DNA from: Actinomycetota bacterium
Lineage (GTDB): Bacteria > Actinomycetota > Actinomycetes > S36-B12 > UBA5976
Length of the DNA stretch: 64,000 nucleotides
NCBI GenBank assembly: GCA_947448865.1
Contig: CANFOW010000002.1
Location: forward strand, 5,621-69,620
Direction of reading: 5' to 3'
Shown: positions 49,279 through 59,153 of the stretch, in pieces
Position numbering within the stretch: position 1 is the first letter of the stretch
Layout: each line of letters opens with the position of its first letter
Notes under the pieces: generated by a model
What the model saw: the letters and a program-made list of their open reading frames with translations, nothing else
The model's database searches: none
Told to the model about the DNA's origin: nothing
Translations under genes and position numbers: made by a program

Positions 49279-50598
49279 GTGTCTGCGATTACTTGGCCTG
49301 AATTAGAAGCCGCTCAACAGCCGAACTGGCCTGATGCTGCTGCCTTGGCGCACGCACAGGATGTGTTGCGCGTTTTGCCGCCGCTGGTGTTCGCAGGTGA
49401 ATGCGACGAGTTGACCTCAAAGCTAGCCGATGTGAGTCAAGGTAATGGTTTTGTGCTCATGGGCGGGGACTGCGCTGAAACTTTTGCAGCAAACACTGCT
49501 GATTCAATACGGGCTCGCCTTAAGACGTTACTTCAAATGGCCATTGTGCTGACGTATGGAGCGTCACTTCCGGTAGTCAAGATTGGGCGTATCGCTGGTC
49601 AGTACGGCAAGCCACGTAGTGCCGATCTGGAAACCATCGACGGTGTATCGCTGCCTTCATACCGTGGTGATGCTGTCAACGGACTTGATTTCACTTCAGA
49701 TGCTCGTATCCCAGATCCGATGCGGTTAGTTCAGACGTATCACGCAAGCGCAGCCGCTCTCAACTTGGTGCGTGCTTTCACACAAGGCGGTTATGCCGAC
49801 CTGCGTCAGGTGCATTCCTGGAACCAAGACTTTGTGGGTAGTTCAACCCCAGGCAAGCGCTACGAACAAATGGCGGCCGAAATTGATCGCGCTCTTGCTT
49901 TCATGGCTGCTTGTGGCGCAGATCCTGAAGAATTCCGTCGTGCAGATGTGTATGCAAGTCATGAGGCGCTTCTTCTTGACTACGAAAAGCCAATGACTCG
50001 CATTGATTCACGTACCGGAAATTTGTATGACGTGTCTGGTCACTTCTTGTGGATTGGCGAGCGCACTCGTGACATCAATGGTGCGCATGTGGACTTTGCT
50101 TCACGCATCAAGAATCCGATTGGCGTTAAGTTAGGCCCTAAGTCGTCGCCAGATGTGGTGCGAGCATTGTTAGACAAGTTAGATCCAGATAACACTCCTG
50201 GCCGCTTGATGCTGATTACTCGTATGGGTTCGTCGCAAATCCGAGATGTTATGCCAGCGATCGTTGAGTCTGTTGTAGAAACTGGACACCCCGTGACATG
50301 GGTTTGTGATCCGATGCATGGAAATACTCGGGAAGCAGCAAGCGGACACAAGACACGTTTATTTGATGATGTGTTGGATGAAGTAAAAGGTTTCTTCGAA
50401 GTGCATCGCGCTATTGGCACACACCCAGGTGGAATTCACATTGAGTTGACTGGCGACGATGTGACCGAGTGTCTCGGTGGTGTTGGCGGCGTGAGTGAAG
50501 ATGATTTGCCATTCCGTTACGAAACTGCGTGTGACCCTCGTTTAAATCGCGTACAAAGTTTGGACTTGGCATTCCAAGTTGCAGACATGCTTCGTTAG
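49279..50598 (+). CDS. aroG: Class II DAHP synthase
   Basis: GGDCAE, KPRS, WIGERTR, DPMHGN, CDPRLN. Confidence 0.95.
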   Translation: MSAITWPELEAAQQPNWPDAAALAHAQDVLRVLPPLVFAGECDELTSKLADVSQGNGFVLMGGDCAETFAANTADSIRARLKTLLQMAIVLTYGASLPVVKIGRIAGQYGKPRSADLETIDGVSLPSYRGDAVNGLDFTSDARIPDPMRLVQTYHASAAALNLVRAFTQGGYADLRQVHSWNQDFVGSSTPGKRYEQMAAEIDRALAFMAACGADPEEFRRADVYASHEALLLDYEKPMTRIDSRTGNLYDVSGHFLWIGERTRDINGAHVDFASRIKNPIGVKLGPKSSPDVVRALLDKLDPDNTPGRLMLITRMGSSQIRDVMPAIVESVVETGHPVTWVCDPMHGNTREAASGHKTRLFDDVLDEVKGFFEVHRAIGTHPGGIHIELTGDDVTECLGGVGGVSEDDLPFRYETACDPRLNRVQSLDLAFQVADMLR

Positions 50599-52530
50599 TT
50601 ACACGATTTTCAGAATGATGAGCGAGCCCTTGGGGGCTTGACCATTCGCACTCTGGGAATAAACCTTATTAAGAATGACCACAGCGAGTTGCTTTTCGGT
50701 TTTGATTTGGAAACCAGCATCAGTGAGAAGCTGTTTTGCTTCCTTGACATCCATTCCCACGACGTTGGGAACGTCAACAAGAGCCGGACCCTTACTTACT
50801 GTCACTCGTACCGTTGAACCTTTTGGAACTGTCTGACCGGGTAGCGGATCAACTTGCAAGATTGAACCCGCAGCACTGTCGTCAAAGAGTTGTTCAGTCA
50901 CTGAAATCTTAAGTCCGAGTGCTGCTAACTGAGTTGTAGCGACTTTCAGGTCGAGTCCACTAATCGGCGGAATAACGACTGGTGCTGGTCCTTTAGAAAT
51001 AATGATTGTGACGTCAGCCCCACGTTTCACTCGTGCGCCACCTGCAGGATCAGTTGTAATAACCGAGCCGACTTTGACAGTGTCGCTGTAGTCCTGGCGA
51101 GTGGCGGCAACAGTTAATGTGAGTGCTTCAAGCTGGGCTTGCACATCCGTTGGGTTCTTGCCTACGACATCTGTTGGGATTAAGTAACGTTCCTGACCTT
51201 TAGAAACATAAACCGAAACGGCTTTCCCTTTTCGAGCCTTGGTATCCGGTGAAGGCTTAGTGCGAATGACAATTCCCTTGGGAACATCTTCGGAAAACTC
51301 TTTTGTTATTTTCGCCGACAAACCTAAATCATTAAGGGTTGATACGGCGGTATCTGACGACTGTCCAACAACATTAGGCATGTGGACGTAACTGCCGGTG
51401 AAGGTGTACCAGAGTGCTCCAATTGCTGCCAGGCTGGCAAGCAGGAGTACAAACCTGAGCGGTTTGCGTTTGCGCTTTACTGCGACTCGGCGAGTGGAAT
51501 GTTTACCGACCACGACGTTCGTGGATGTATGACTTGTAGATCCTCGCTCGGCCCTATGCGCACCCGTTTGTCTCATAGCTACCGAACTTGTATCGCGGCT
51601 TACGCGAGCCGGTTCTGTCAGAGGTATGCGAATTGTCGGCGCAAGATTGATTGCAACTGTGATTGCCTCAGCGGCTGGAACAGCGGCAATGGCTCGCGCT
51701 GCACCTTCGAGGAATACCTGTGCACTTTGGATCCGGTCATTTGGATCTTTACGCGTAGCTGCTAGTACTAGGTGATCAATGGCCGGAGGAATTTCAGGTG
51801 CATACGAACTTGGCGCTGGAACTTCACGGCTGACGTGTTGGTATGCAACATCAAGTGGTGAAGTTCCAGTAAATGGCACGCGACCAGTCAACATTTCGAA
51901 GAGCAAGATTCCTGCTGAATACACATCTGAACGCGCATCAAGCGAACGCTGTTGCACTTGTTCAGGTGATAAGTACGCCATGGTGCCGAGCAGGATTGCG
52001 CCAGTTGAGTCACTGACTGGTGTGTCATTAATGACTCTGGCTAGTCCGAAGTCTGTTACTTTGACATGTCCTTGAGCGGTGATCAGAACATTTTCAGGTT
52101 TGATATCGCGATGAACAAAGCCAGCATCATGGGCACTCGCAAGACCTGCGAGAACGGAAGAAATAATTTCCAAAGCATGAGCGCTCGCAAATGGGCCGTG
52201 GTCGACGAGAACTTCACGAATGGTCCTGCCGGGAACAAACTCCATAACAAGGTAGGGAAAACCTTCGGCAATTCCTTGGTCGTGAACGGCGACCACATTC
52301 GGGTGAGTCAAACTCGCAGCAGCGCGTGCTTCTTGTGTGAAACGATCTACGAATCCAGGATCAGTGATGAGCGAACCAGAAAGTACCTTGATCGCTACTG
52401 ATCGCCCGAGTCGAGAATCTGATGCGCGATACACGGTAGCCATGCCACCACGAGCGACAAGTTCCTCAACCCGATAGCGACTATCCAAAACGCGACCGAT
52501 AAACATGTCGGAGGCGTTGGAGGTTGTCAT
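50599..52530 (-). CDS. PASTA-domain Ser/Thr protein kinase (PknL-like)
   Basis: GGMATVY, HRDIKPEN, DFGLA, TM helix, four PASTA repeats. Confidence 0.94.
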   Translation of the reverse strand: MTTSNASDMFIGRVLDSRYRVEELVARGGMATVYRASDSRLGRSVAIKVLSGSLITDPGFVDRFTQEARAAASLTHPNVVAVHDQGIAEGFPYLVMEFVPGRTIREVLVDHGPFASAHALEIISSVLAGLASAHDAGFVHRDIKPENVLITAQGHVKVTDFGLARVINDTPVSDSTGAILLGTMAYLSPEQVQQRSLDARSDVYSAGILLFEMLTGRVPFTGTSPLDVAYQHVSREVPAPSSYAPEIPPAIDHLVLAATRKDPNDRIQSAQVFLEGAARAIAAVPAAEAITVAINLAPTIRIPLTEPARVSRDTSSVAMRQTGAHRAERGSTSHTSTNVVVGKHSTRRVAVKRKRKPLRFVLLLASLAAIGALWYTFTGSYVHMPNVVGQSSDTAVSTLNDLGLSAKITKEFSEDVPKGIVIRTKPSPDTKARKGKAVSVYVSKGQERYLIPTDVVGKNPTDVQAQLEALTLTVAATRQDYSDTVKVGSVITTDPAGGARVKRGADVTIIISKGPAPVVIPPISGLDLKVATTQLAALGLKISVTEQLFDDSAAGSILQVDPLPGQTVPKGSTVRVTVSKGPALVDVPNVVGMDVKEAKQLLTDAGFQIKTEKQLAVVILNKVYSQSANGQAPKGSLIILKIV

Positions 52531-52625
52531 TGGTCAAGTCTAAGCCGAAGTCCGTATGCGGCGGACGTGCGGCGCGAGAGGTAGATTCGACACTGTAAAT
52601 CGCGGCATTTCACTTGGAGGCACAG

Positions 52626-52982
52626 TTGGCACACTTTACTTACCTCGGTGTTTTGGCGTTTTGCCTACTCGGTACTGGATGGCTGGAGTTACTCCTTCGC
52701 ACCAGGGTTTACCGACGAGCACTGCGATTACTGGCTGCAATTGTTCCAGTTCTCATCATTTTCACTGCGTGGGACGTTTATGCGATTAGCCGAAATCATT
52801 GGTCGTTTGATTCCCGATTTATTACCGGGATTTCTGTCATTGGCCATGTTCCGCTTGACGAAGTCTGCTTTTTTATTGTCATTCCCGTGTGTGCAATTTT
52901 GACTTTAGAGGCCGTGCGAAGTGCTCGTGGCTGGACTGTTGGGGACGAACGTGTGACTCGAACTTCCGAGGACACGCAATGA
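52626..52982 (+). CDS. crtYc: Heterodimeric lycopene cyclase subunit
   Basis: AWDVYAI...W.F, VPLDEVCFF; GGAGG before TTG. Confidence 0.85.
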   Translation: MAHFTYLGVLAFCLLGTGWLELLLRTRVYRRALRLLAAIVPVLIIFTAWDVYAISRNHWSFDSRFITGISVIGHVPLDEVCFFIVIPVCAILTLEAVRSARGWTVGDERVTRTSEDTQ

Positions 52983-53398
52983 CTTACACAGAGTTAGCTA
53001 TCACTGCAGTTGTGTTGGTTGTGCTGTTTGATCTATTCGTATTCCGAACGAGCTTGGTGAAACGAAAAGTTTTTTGGGTTTCGTATTCCATCATCATTAG
53101 TTTTCAATTGATCACAAATGGGGTGCTCACCGGATTGCGTATCGTGAGATATTCGGGTGATGCAATTGTGGGAAGTTCAACTCCGTCACATCATGCGCCA
53201 CCGTTTTTTGGAGACGGTCGAATTGCGTTCGCTCCATTCGAAGACTTGCTGTTCGGTTTCGCACTGGTCTTGCTGACATTGGTTATGTGGGTGTGGTTGG
53301 GTCGACTCGGTGTGCAACGTACGCCAATGGCCGGACCACCACATAAGTTGGTTTCGCGCTTATTAAGAACTCAGGATGCTTCAGAAAAGTCGCAGTAG
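52979..53398 (+). CDS. crtYd: Heterodimeric lycopene cyclase subunit
   Basis: NGVLTG, APFEDLLFGF; ATGA overlap. Confidence 0.85.
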   Translation: MTYTELAITAVVLVVLFDLFVFRTSLVKRKVFWVSYSIIISFQLITNGVLTGLRIVRYSGDAIVGSSTPSHHAPPFFGDGRIAFAPFEDLLFGFALVLLTLVMWVWLGRLGVQRTPMAGPPHKLVSRLLRTQDASEKSQ

Positions 53399-53405
53399 CG
53401 ACGAA

Positions 53406-54323
53406 CTACTGCGTGTGTGACCAGAGTGATCGAGCTCGAAGATACGCGGGAAACGCAACTGACAATCTTCGAGACAGTGAGACCGATGCGCGCTTGTCAA
53501 ACACTTCGTAGTTGATTGCCTCGACAGCGTCTACTATGCCGCAATACAAGATGCGCGCCGTCTCAATACATGGTTGCGCTGCAGGACTAAGCATCGCGAT
53601 ACCTGGTCGTGACTGTTCTTCGAGCTGGCGAACGCGTGCTATTTGGAATTTGAGTGCTTCTTTAACCTCGGGTGTGGCAATACGTCGTTCGAGTACTTCG
53701 CGAGTAACACCAAACTGTGCGAATTCTTGCAGCGGCAGGTAAACGCGTCCGCGATCAAGATCTTCGTTTACATCGCGAATAAAGTTTGCAAGCTGAAATG
53801 CAACCCCGAGTTGAGTGGCGTGTTCGTAGGCTTCGGTTTGAGTGGGTTCCAGAATCGGCACCATTTGTAAACCTATGACTGCTGCAGAACCGTACACATA
53901 TTCATAGAGGTCTTCATAGGTTTGATATTGAGTAACTGTTAAATCCATGGTCATGGAATGCAAGAACGCTTCGAAATGGGCTTTGGGAATATTCCAACGC
54001 CTTACGGTATCGAGCACAGCTTTGCAGACTTCATCTTGAGAAGTTCCCGACTCAAAAAGCGAAAGAAAATTCTGACCCCACGTATTGAGTTCGTCCGCTT
54101 TTTGCTGGTCGGTGAGAGTTGAGGCAAGGTCATCAACTATTTCATCGGCATAACGTGCGAAGCCGTATAAAGCGTGAACGTATGGTCGTTTTTCTGGAGG
54201 AAGTAGCAGGGTAGCGAGGTAATACGTTTTGCCGTGTGACTTATTAAGTAGTCGGCAAACTTCGTATGAGCGTCGTAATTCGGGATCAGTAATTCCGGCC
54301 GCATCTAACTCTCGTGTGCTCAC
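53406..54323 (-). CDS. crtB: Phytoene synthase
   Basis: HGKTYY, YADEIVDD, AFQLANFIRDVNEDLDRGRVYLP. Confidence 0.95.
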   Translation of the reverse strand: MSTRELDAAGITDPELRRSYEVCRLLNKSHGKTYYLATLLLPPEKRPYVHALYGFARYADEIVDDLASTLTDQQKADELNTWGQNFLSLFESGTSQDEVCKAVLDTVRRWNIPKAHFEAFLHSMTMDLTVTQYQTYEDLYEYVYGSAAVIGLQMVPILEPTQTEAYEHATQLGVAFQLANFIRDVNEDLDRGRVYLPLQEFAQFGVTREVLERRIATPEVKEALKFQIARVRQLEEQSRPGIAMLSPAAQPCIETARILYCGIVDAVEAINYEVFDKRASVSLSRRLSVAFPAYLRARSLWSHTQ

Positions 54324-54530
54324 ATAGGTATTCTGCCACTTGTCGGCTCACACGGTGACTCTGTGTGGGCTTGCGCGAGTACATTATGCCCCCGATATTT
54401 CAGACTTTGAAAAGTCGGCGTTCAGATGACTGCACCGCGAAACTTCTGGCCGGCAGACCGTATCGTTGGCATTAGACATTTGTGACGAGAGAATCGCACA
54501 GCGTTAATTCTGCAAAAGGAGCCAAGTTAA

Positions 54531-54971
54531 GTGAGTCAGGTGCGACCAGGTTTACTGTCAGCTTTATTGAAAGCGAATTACCTCAAGGGCGCGTTGCGTT
54601 GGAAAATTGATCTCTCAGATGTTGCGTTTGAACAAGAAGTTGCTCAGTCGGGAATGCAAGGCTGGCTCATAGACACCACAGGTGCAAAGTCAAAGAGCGA
54701 CGTGATGTCAATGATTGCTCGGCAACTAGATTTTCCAGATTTTTTCAATGGCAATTTTGATTCGCTCGAAGAATGCCTGGGTAATCTCAATCAAGCTCAG
54801 CCCGCTTTTATTGTGTGGCGAGGTTGGGAAGGCTTTGTGCGAGAGAGTAAAGATGACGCTCGCGTTATTGGTGACATTTTTGATACGGCCTCGACGCTTT
54901 GGCCAGGTGCAGTGCTATTTGTTGGACGAACTGGTGATTTCCCCGATATTGGCGAACTAGCTCAAGCGTAA
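54531..54971 (+). CDS. Barstar (barnase inhibitor) family protein
   Basis: LDFPDFFNGNFDSLEECL resembles the barstar FPxxFGxNxDALxDCL motif; AAGGAG RBS. Confidence 0.8.
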   Translation: MSQVRPGLLSALLKANYLKGALRWKIDLSDVAFEQEVAQSGMQGWLIDTTGAKSKSDVMSMIARQLDFPDFFNGNFDSLEECLGNLNQAQPAFIVWRGWEGFVRESKDDARVIGDIFDTASTLWPGAVLFVGRTGDFPDIGELAQA

Positions 54972-54975
54972 ATAC

Positions 54976-56508
54976 CTAACTCAGCACCATTGACTCTGCC
55001 TGGATTGCCTGTGCACTGGTGTTGGGCTCAAGCCCTGGCAGGTCGCGATCGCCAAGAATCAGGTTTCTTTCTCGTGGCGAGGCAAACATTGCGATGGCAA
55101 GGGTGACGCCCGCAAGAAGCATCGCCAGCCCGTCACTGAACTCAATGAAAGTGTCGGCAGTCGCACTGGAATTTGCGATGCCATGAATCGTAAATGCACA
55201 AATTCCGATCATGACAAATTTCATTTGTTGGCGTGATAGTCCGGTGACTGCCAACAATGGAATTGACCACAATAAATACCACGGTTGAACGACTGGTCCG
55301 AGTGCAACAAGTGCAAGAAATGAAATAGCAACCGACCGAGTCGCGCTTCGGCCAGTAGGGCGTATCACAAGACCAACAAGCGTTATGCCAAGAACTACTG
55401 CGCCGATGAGTCTAAAAAGAGTAATTGTGTTGCCAAGTTGATTTCCGAAACCAAGAAGATCAAGGACAAGACCCGACAACATGCCTAACGCCGTCATAGG
55501 TGACAACCAACTACGAACTGTTCCGGGAGTTGATAATGCGTTGAGCCATCCGAGCGGTCCAACATTTGCACACCACGACACCACAATCAGCGCCAGTGCG
55601 GAACCGGCACCAACTTTGAGCAGACTGATTGTTCGCGAGCGAAGTGATGGATCACGAGCTGCCAAAATCGCAATAAATGGGAGCACCACGATTGCAACAG
55701 GCTTAATACCAAGTGCGATAGTTGCCACGACTGTTGCCAAAATAAAACGCTTTTCAATTGCACACAACATGGCAAAGCACGAACATGCAATCATGAGTGA
55801 TTCGTTATGTGCTCCGGCCACGAGATGCATGATGACGAGAGGATTCAGCACTGCAAGCCACGAGGCAGCCACCGGGTTGATTCCATGATGTCGAGCTAGC
55901 CGTGGCACACACCAGCCAATGGCAATAATGCCTAGGACGGAAATTGCTCGAAAAACATATGCCGCAACAAGCGAGGACGACGGAACTAACGATGCAACAC
56001 CTTTTTCAATCAGTAGAAATACTGGACCGTACGGCGTTTTTGCATCAGCCCACATCGGATCAACGCCACTTGTGAACCAACCAGGAACTAGGGAAACGCC
56101 TGACTCGTATGGGTTATGTCCGTCAAGCTGAAGACGTCCTTGCATGTAATACGAGTACACATCTCGGCTGAAAAGAGGACCAGACAGCATCAGTGGCGTT
56201 ACCCAGATTGCCATGGTCACGTAGAGAGTTCGAAGCGAAACCGTTTTTTCATGCATGATGTCGACGCCTATAACAAGCCACGATTGCAAGAGCAATGCGG
56301 CACCTACGACAACAAAAGAGCGTGTCAGTGCCAAACCTAAAGTTGAGGTTTGAAGGTAGTTAATGATTGGCAATCTCAAAACATTGGCAGACAGGGGAAA
56401 CCATCCAACGCCAAGTGACCCCACCGACATGAAGCAACTGCCAAGAAACCCTGGTAGCCCGTACAGCCCGAACCAGGCTCGAGCTGCTGCAAAATTGGGG
56501 GAGATCAC
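54976..56508 (-). CDS. Polyprenol-phosphomannose-dependent alpha-1,6-mannosyltransferase (MptA/MptB-like)
   Basis: PLFSRDVYSY, TPYGP, LNPL, AHNE, PVVQPWY. Confidence 0.88.
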   Translation of the reverse strand: MISPNFAAARAWFGLYGLPGFLGSCFMSVGSLGVGWFPLSANVLRLPIINYLQTSTLGLALTRSFVVVGAALLLQSWLVIGVDIMHEKTVSLRTLYVTMAIWVTPLMLSGPLFSRDVYSYYMQGRLQLDGHNPYESGVSLVPGWFTSGVDPMWADAKTPYGPVFLLIEKGVASLVPSSSLVAAYVFRAISVLGIIAIGWCVPRLARHHGINPVAASWLAVLNPLVIMHLVAGAHNESLMIACSCFAMLCAIEKRFILATVVATIALGIKPVAIVVLPFIAILAARDPSLRSRTISLLKVGAGSALALIVVSWCANVGPLGWLNALSTPGTVRSWLSPMTALGMLSGLVLDLLGFGNQLGNTITLFRLIGAVVLGITLVGLVIRPTGRSATRSVAISFLALVALGPVVQPWYLLWSIPLLAVTGLSRQQMKFVMIGICAFTIHGIANSSATADTFIEFSDGLAMLLAGVTLAIAMFASPRERNLILGDRDLPGLEPNTSAQAIQAESMVLS

Positions 56509-56528
56509 TCCCCAAGAGTATCTGCGCG

Positions 56529-58028
56529 TTAGCGAATTGCTCGGGAGCGATAGGTGCGATCTGGTCCAGTAATTCGCTCAGCTGCTAAGCGACCAGATAT
56601 CAGAACCATGGGAACGCCGACACCCGGTTGCGTACCGGAACCAGTGAAGACCACATTTTCACCCCAGCGATTTGCTGGGCGGAATGGACCGGTTTGGAAA
56701 AACGAGTGAGCTGCAGCAAATGGAGCACCGCGTTCCATGCCACGATCACTCCAATCTTGTGGCGTTGTGATGTGCTCAACTTCGATAGAGTCACCAAAAC
56801 CGTGGTAGCCGCGTTGTTCTAACGTACTAATGACATGCTCCCGATAACGAGGTGCCTCGTGTTCCCAATTGATGTCCGCATCGAGATTGGGGGTAGGGAA
56901 GAGAACGTAATAAATTTCTTTGCCATCAGGAGCCAAACTTGGGTCACTGTGCGTGGGATTTGTTACCAGGACACTCGGGTCACTCATGAGAGTTTTTGAA
57001 TCAATGAGCTCATCAAACACGCCCCTCCAACTGTCACCAAAGTGAATGTTGTGATGAGCGATGTGGTCATACTTTGCACTTGATCCTGCGAGCATCAAAT
57101 AGCACGACGGCGAATACTTAAGTCGATTGACACTCCACTTAGATACGCCGAGGAGATCACGATACGCAACAGGTAAATCAGGGTTGAGAACGACGACGTC
57201 CGCTGGAAAGAATTCTCCATCGGTTGTCTCGACGCCTAATGCCCTATCCCCTTGTAGTCGTACTTTGGAAACCGTGGTGTCGTATTTGAACGTGACACCA
57301 TGCTTAGCAGCCGCAGCTGCCATAGCGACCGGAACTGCATTCATTCCGCCTTCGGGAAAGAAGACACCGGCGACGGAATCCATGTAAGCAATAACCGCGT
57401 AAATCGCCAGTGCATCGTAAGGAGAAAGTCCTGCATACATAGCTTGAAATGAGAAAACCTTTTGAGTGCGCGAGTCCTTGAGATACTGTTCAACCTTCGG
57501 AGCCAGTTTGCGGAAACCACCTATTGCAACTAGCTTTGCCAAGTCTTTTGACACAAGACTGAATGGCGAATCAATGTTTCGATCAATGAAATTGCGCATC
57601 TCGTATTTGTATAAATCGGAAACAAAATCAACGTACTTCAGGTAGCCCTGTGCTTCTTGAGCACCAATAACGGTTTCAATTTCCTGAGCCATCTGTTGAG
57701 CATCTGAATACACATTCAAGGTGCTTCCATCGGGATAAAACGAGCGATAAAGCGGCGAAACTGGTGTCAAGGTCAACCAGTCGCTCATGTTTTCGCCGAG
57801 GCAGTCGAAAGCGTCTGCAATCAAGTCAGGCATTGTGAGCACAGTGGGACCGTTGTCGAATTCGAAACCTCGGTCGCTAATGCGACCTGCTCGTCCACCT
57901 GGTCCAGCATCTCGTTCAATGACCGTGACGTTTCGTCCTGCACCTGCTAGACGCATTGCAGCCGACAAGCCAGCCAAGCCGGCGCCGACGATAACCACAT
58001 TGTTTGTTGGGCCTTGAATTTTTTTCAC
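56529..58028 (-). CDS. crtI: Phytoene desaturase
   Basis: GAGLAG, FDNGPTVLTMP, QTGPFRP, PGVGVPMVLISG. Confidence 0.93.
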   Translation of the reverse strand: MKKIQGPTNNVVIVGAGLAGLSAAMRLAGAGRNVTVIERDAGPGGRAGRISDRGFEFDNGPTVLTMPDLIADAFDCLGENMSDWLTLTPVSPLYRSFYPDGSTLNVYSDAQQMAQEIETVIGAQEAQGYLKYVDFVSDLYKYEMRNFIDRNIDSPFSLVSKDLAKLVAIGGFRKLAPKVEQYLKDSRTQKVFSFQAMYAGLSPYDALAIYAVIAYMDSVAGVFFPEGGMNAVPVAMAAAAAKHGVTFKYDTTVSKVRLQGDRALGVETTDGEFFPADVVVLNPDLPVAYRDLLGVSKWSVNRLKYSPSCYLMLAGSSAKYDHIAHHNIHFGDSWRGVFDELIDSKTLMSDPSVLVTNPTHSDPSLAPDGKEIYYVLFPTPNLDADINWEHEAPRYREHVISTLEQRGYHGFGDSIEVEHITTPQDWSDRGMERGAPFAAAHSFFQTGPFRPANRWGENVVFTGSGTQPGVGVPMVLISGRLAAERITGPDRTYRSRAIR

Positions 58029-59087
58029 TTATGCACTCCGTTGAGTCGACATCACAGCAAGCGCGGCTAGTGCCTCGCGTGCATCGGGTGAAATCGATGG
58101 TAATTCCAAAGCTTCTAAAGCAATTGTGGTTTGTGTGTCGATGATGTGTTCGACTTGTTCGAGCGCTCCCGACGAACTTATTAACGCTTGTAATTCGGAA
58201 ATCACATCACTGGTTTTTTCGGATACGTCCATGAGTTCGCTGATGCGATGTCCGTAGTCTTTGTTGTCTAACGCCAGCGCCATCAAAACTGTTTGCTTGC
58301 CTTCGCGTAGATCATCACCAGCAGGTTTACCGGTTGTTTCGGCATTGCCAAAGACACCGAGCACGTCATCGCGAAGTTGAAATGCTTCGCCTAAGGCTAA
58401 TCCAAATGTGCTGAGCACATTCATGTGACTCTCATCGGCGTGAGCAATAGCCGCACCAATCAAAAGCGGACGTTCAATTGTGTACTTCGCGCTTTTGTAT
58501 CGGATGACGTTCTGTGCTTTGGCAACAGTTGTCCCACGTCGTGCTTGCTCAAGGAGGTCAAGATATTGTCCGGCCATGAGCTCGGACCGCATGATGTCGT
58601 AGGTTGCCTTTGCTCGATTGAGTTGATCCTGAGCAAGTCCACTCGTGAGTAACATCTCGTCTGCCCAAGACAGTGCAAGGTCACCAATCAGAATCGCGGC
58701 ACCATGCCCGAATCCAATGCTGGAGCCATGCCACCCTTGTGTCTGGTGAAGTGCCTCGAATTGCTTATGTGTAGCTGGCTTGCCGCGACGAGTGTCACTC
58801 GCGTCCATAACATCGTCATGAATCAAAGCGCACGCTTGGAGGAACTCCAACGAAGCGCATGCCCTCACGGCTGAGTCGCTATCTGTGCCGCCAGCGCTTC
58901 GGTATCCCCAATAGGCAAACGCTGGACGCAGTCGCTTTCCACCCGATATCAATGCAGAAAGCGAGTTAACGAGTTCGAGTGTGTCCGGAGCGATAGCTGC
59001 CATGAGATCAATGTGGCTCTGGATGAAGTCATCAAGATTGGCTTGAATACGTGTGCGCAAGTTCGCTTCGTCTAGAGGATTAACCAC
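58029..59087 (-). CDS. crtE: Geranylgeranyl diphosphate synthase
   Basis: GGKRLRP, HDDVMD, GQYLD, FQLRDD, GDDLREGK. Confidence 0.92.
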   Translation of the reverse strand: MVNPLDEANLRTRIQANLDDFIQSHIDLMAAIAPDTLELVNSLSALISGGKRLRPAFAYWGYRSAGGTDSDSAVRACASLEFLQACALIHDDVMDASDTRRGKPATHKQFEALHQTQGWHGSSIGFGHGAAILIGDLALSWADEMLLTSGLAQDQLNRAKATYDIMRSELMAGQYLDLLEQARRGTTVAKAQNVIRYKSAKYTIERPLLIGAAIAHADESHMNVLSTFGLALGEAFQLRDDVLGVFGNAETTGKPAGDDLREGKQTVLMALALDNKDYGHRISELMDVSEKTSDVISELQALISSSGALEQVEHIIDTQTTIALEALELPSISPDAREALAALAVMSTQRSA

Positions 59088-59153
59088 ATCTTTAGGGTAT
59101 TGGCTCTTGCTAGATACCGCATAGTGGCACTGCCGTCACAATATGATGGTGGC

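Noticed and set aside
54370-54480. Barnase/RNase Sa pseudogene upstream of barstar (REYIMP... reading)
   Set aside because: Only a 3-residue resemblance; no RRI or YYTxDHY motifs, so not supportable
54976-56508. Carotenoid biosynthesis enzyme
   Set aside because: Motifs are those of GT-C MptA/B mannosyltransferases; its position near the polyprenyl synthase follows the conserved backbone synteny
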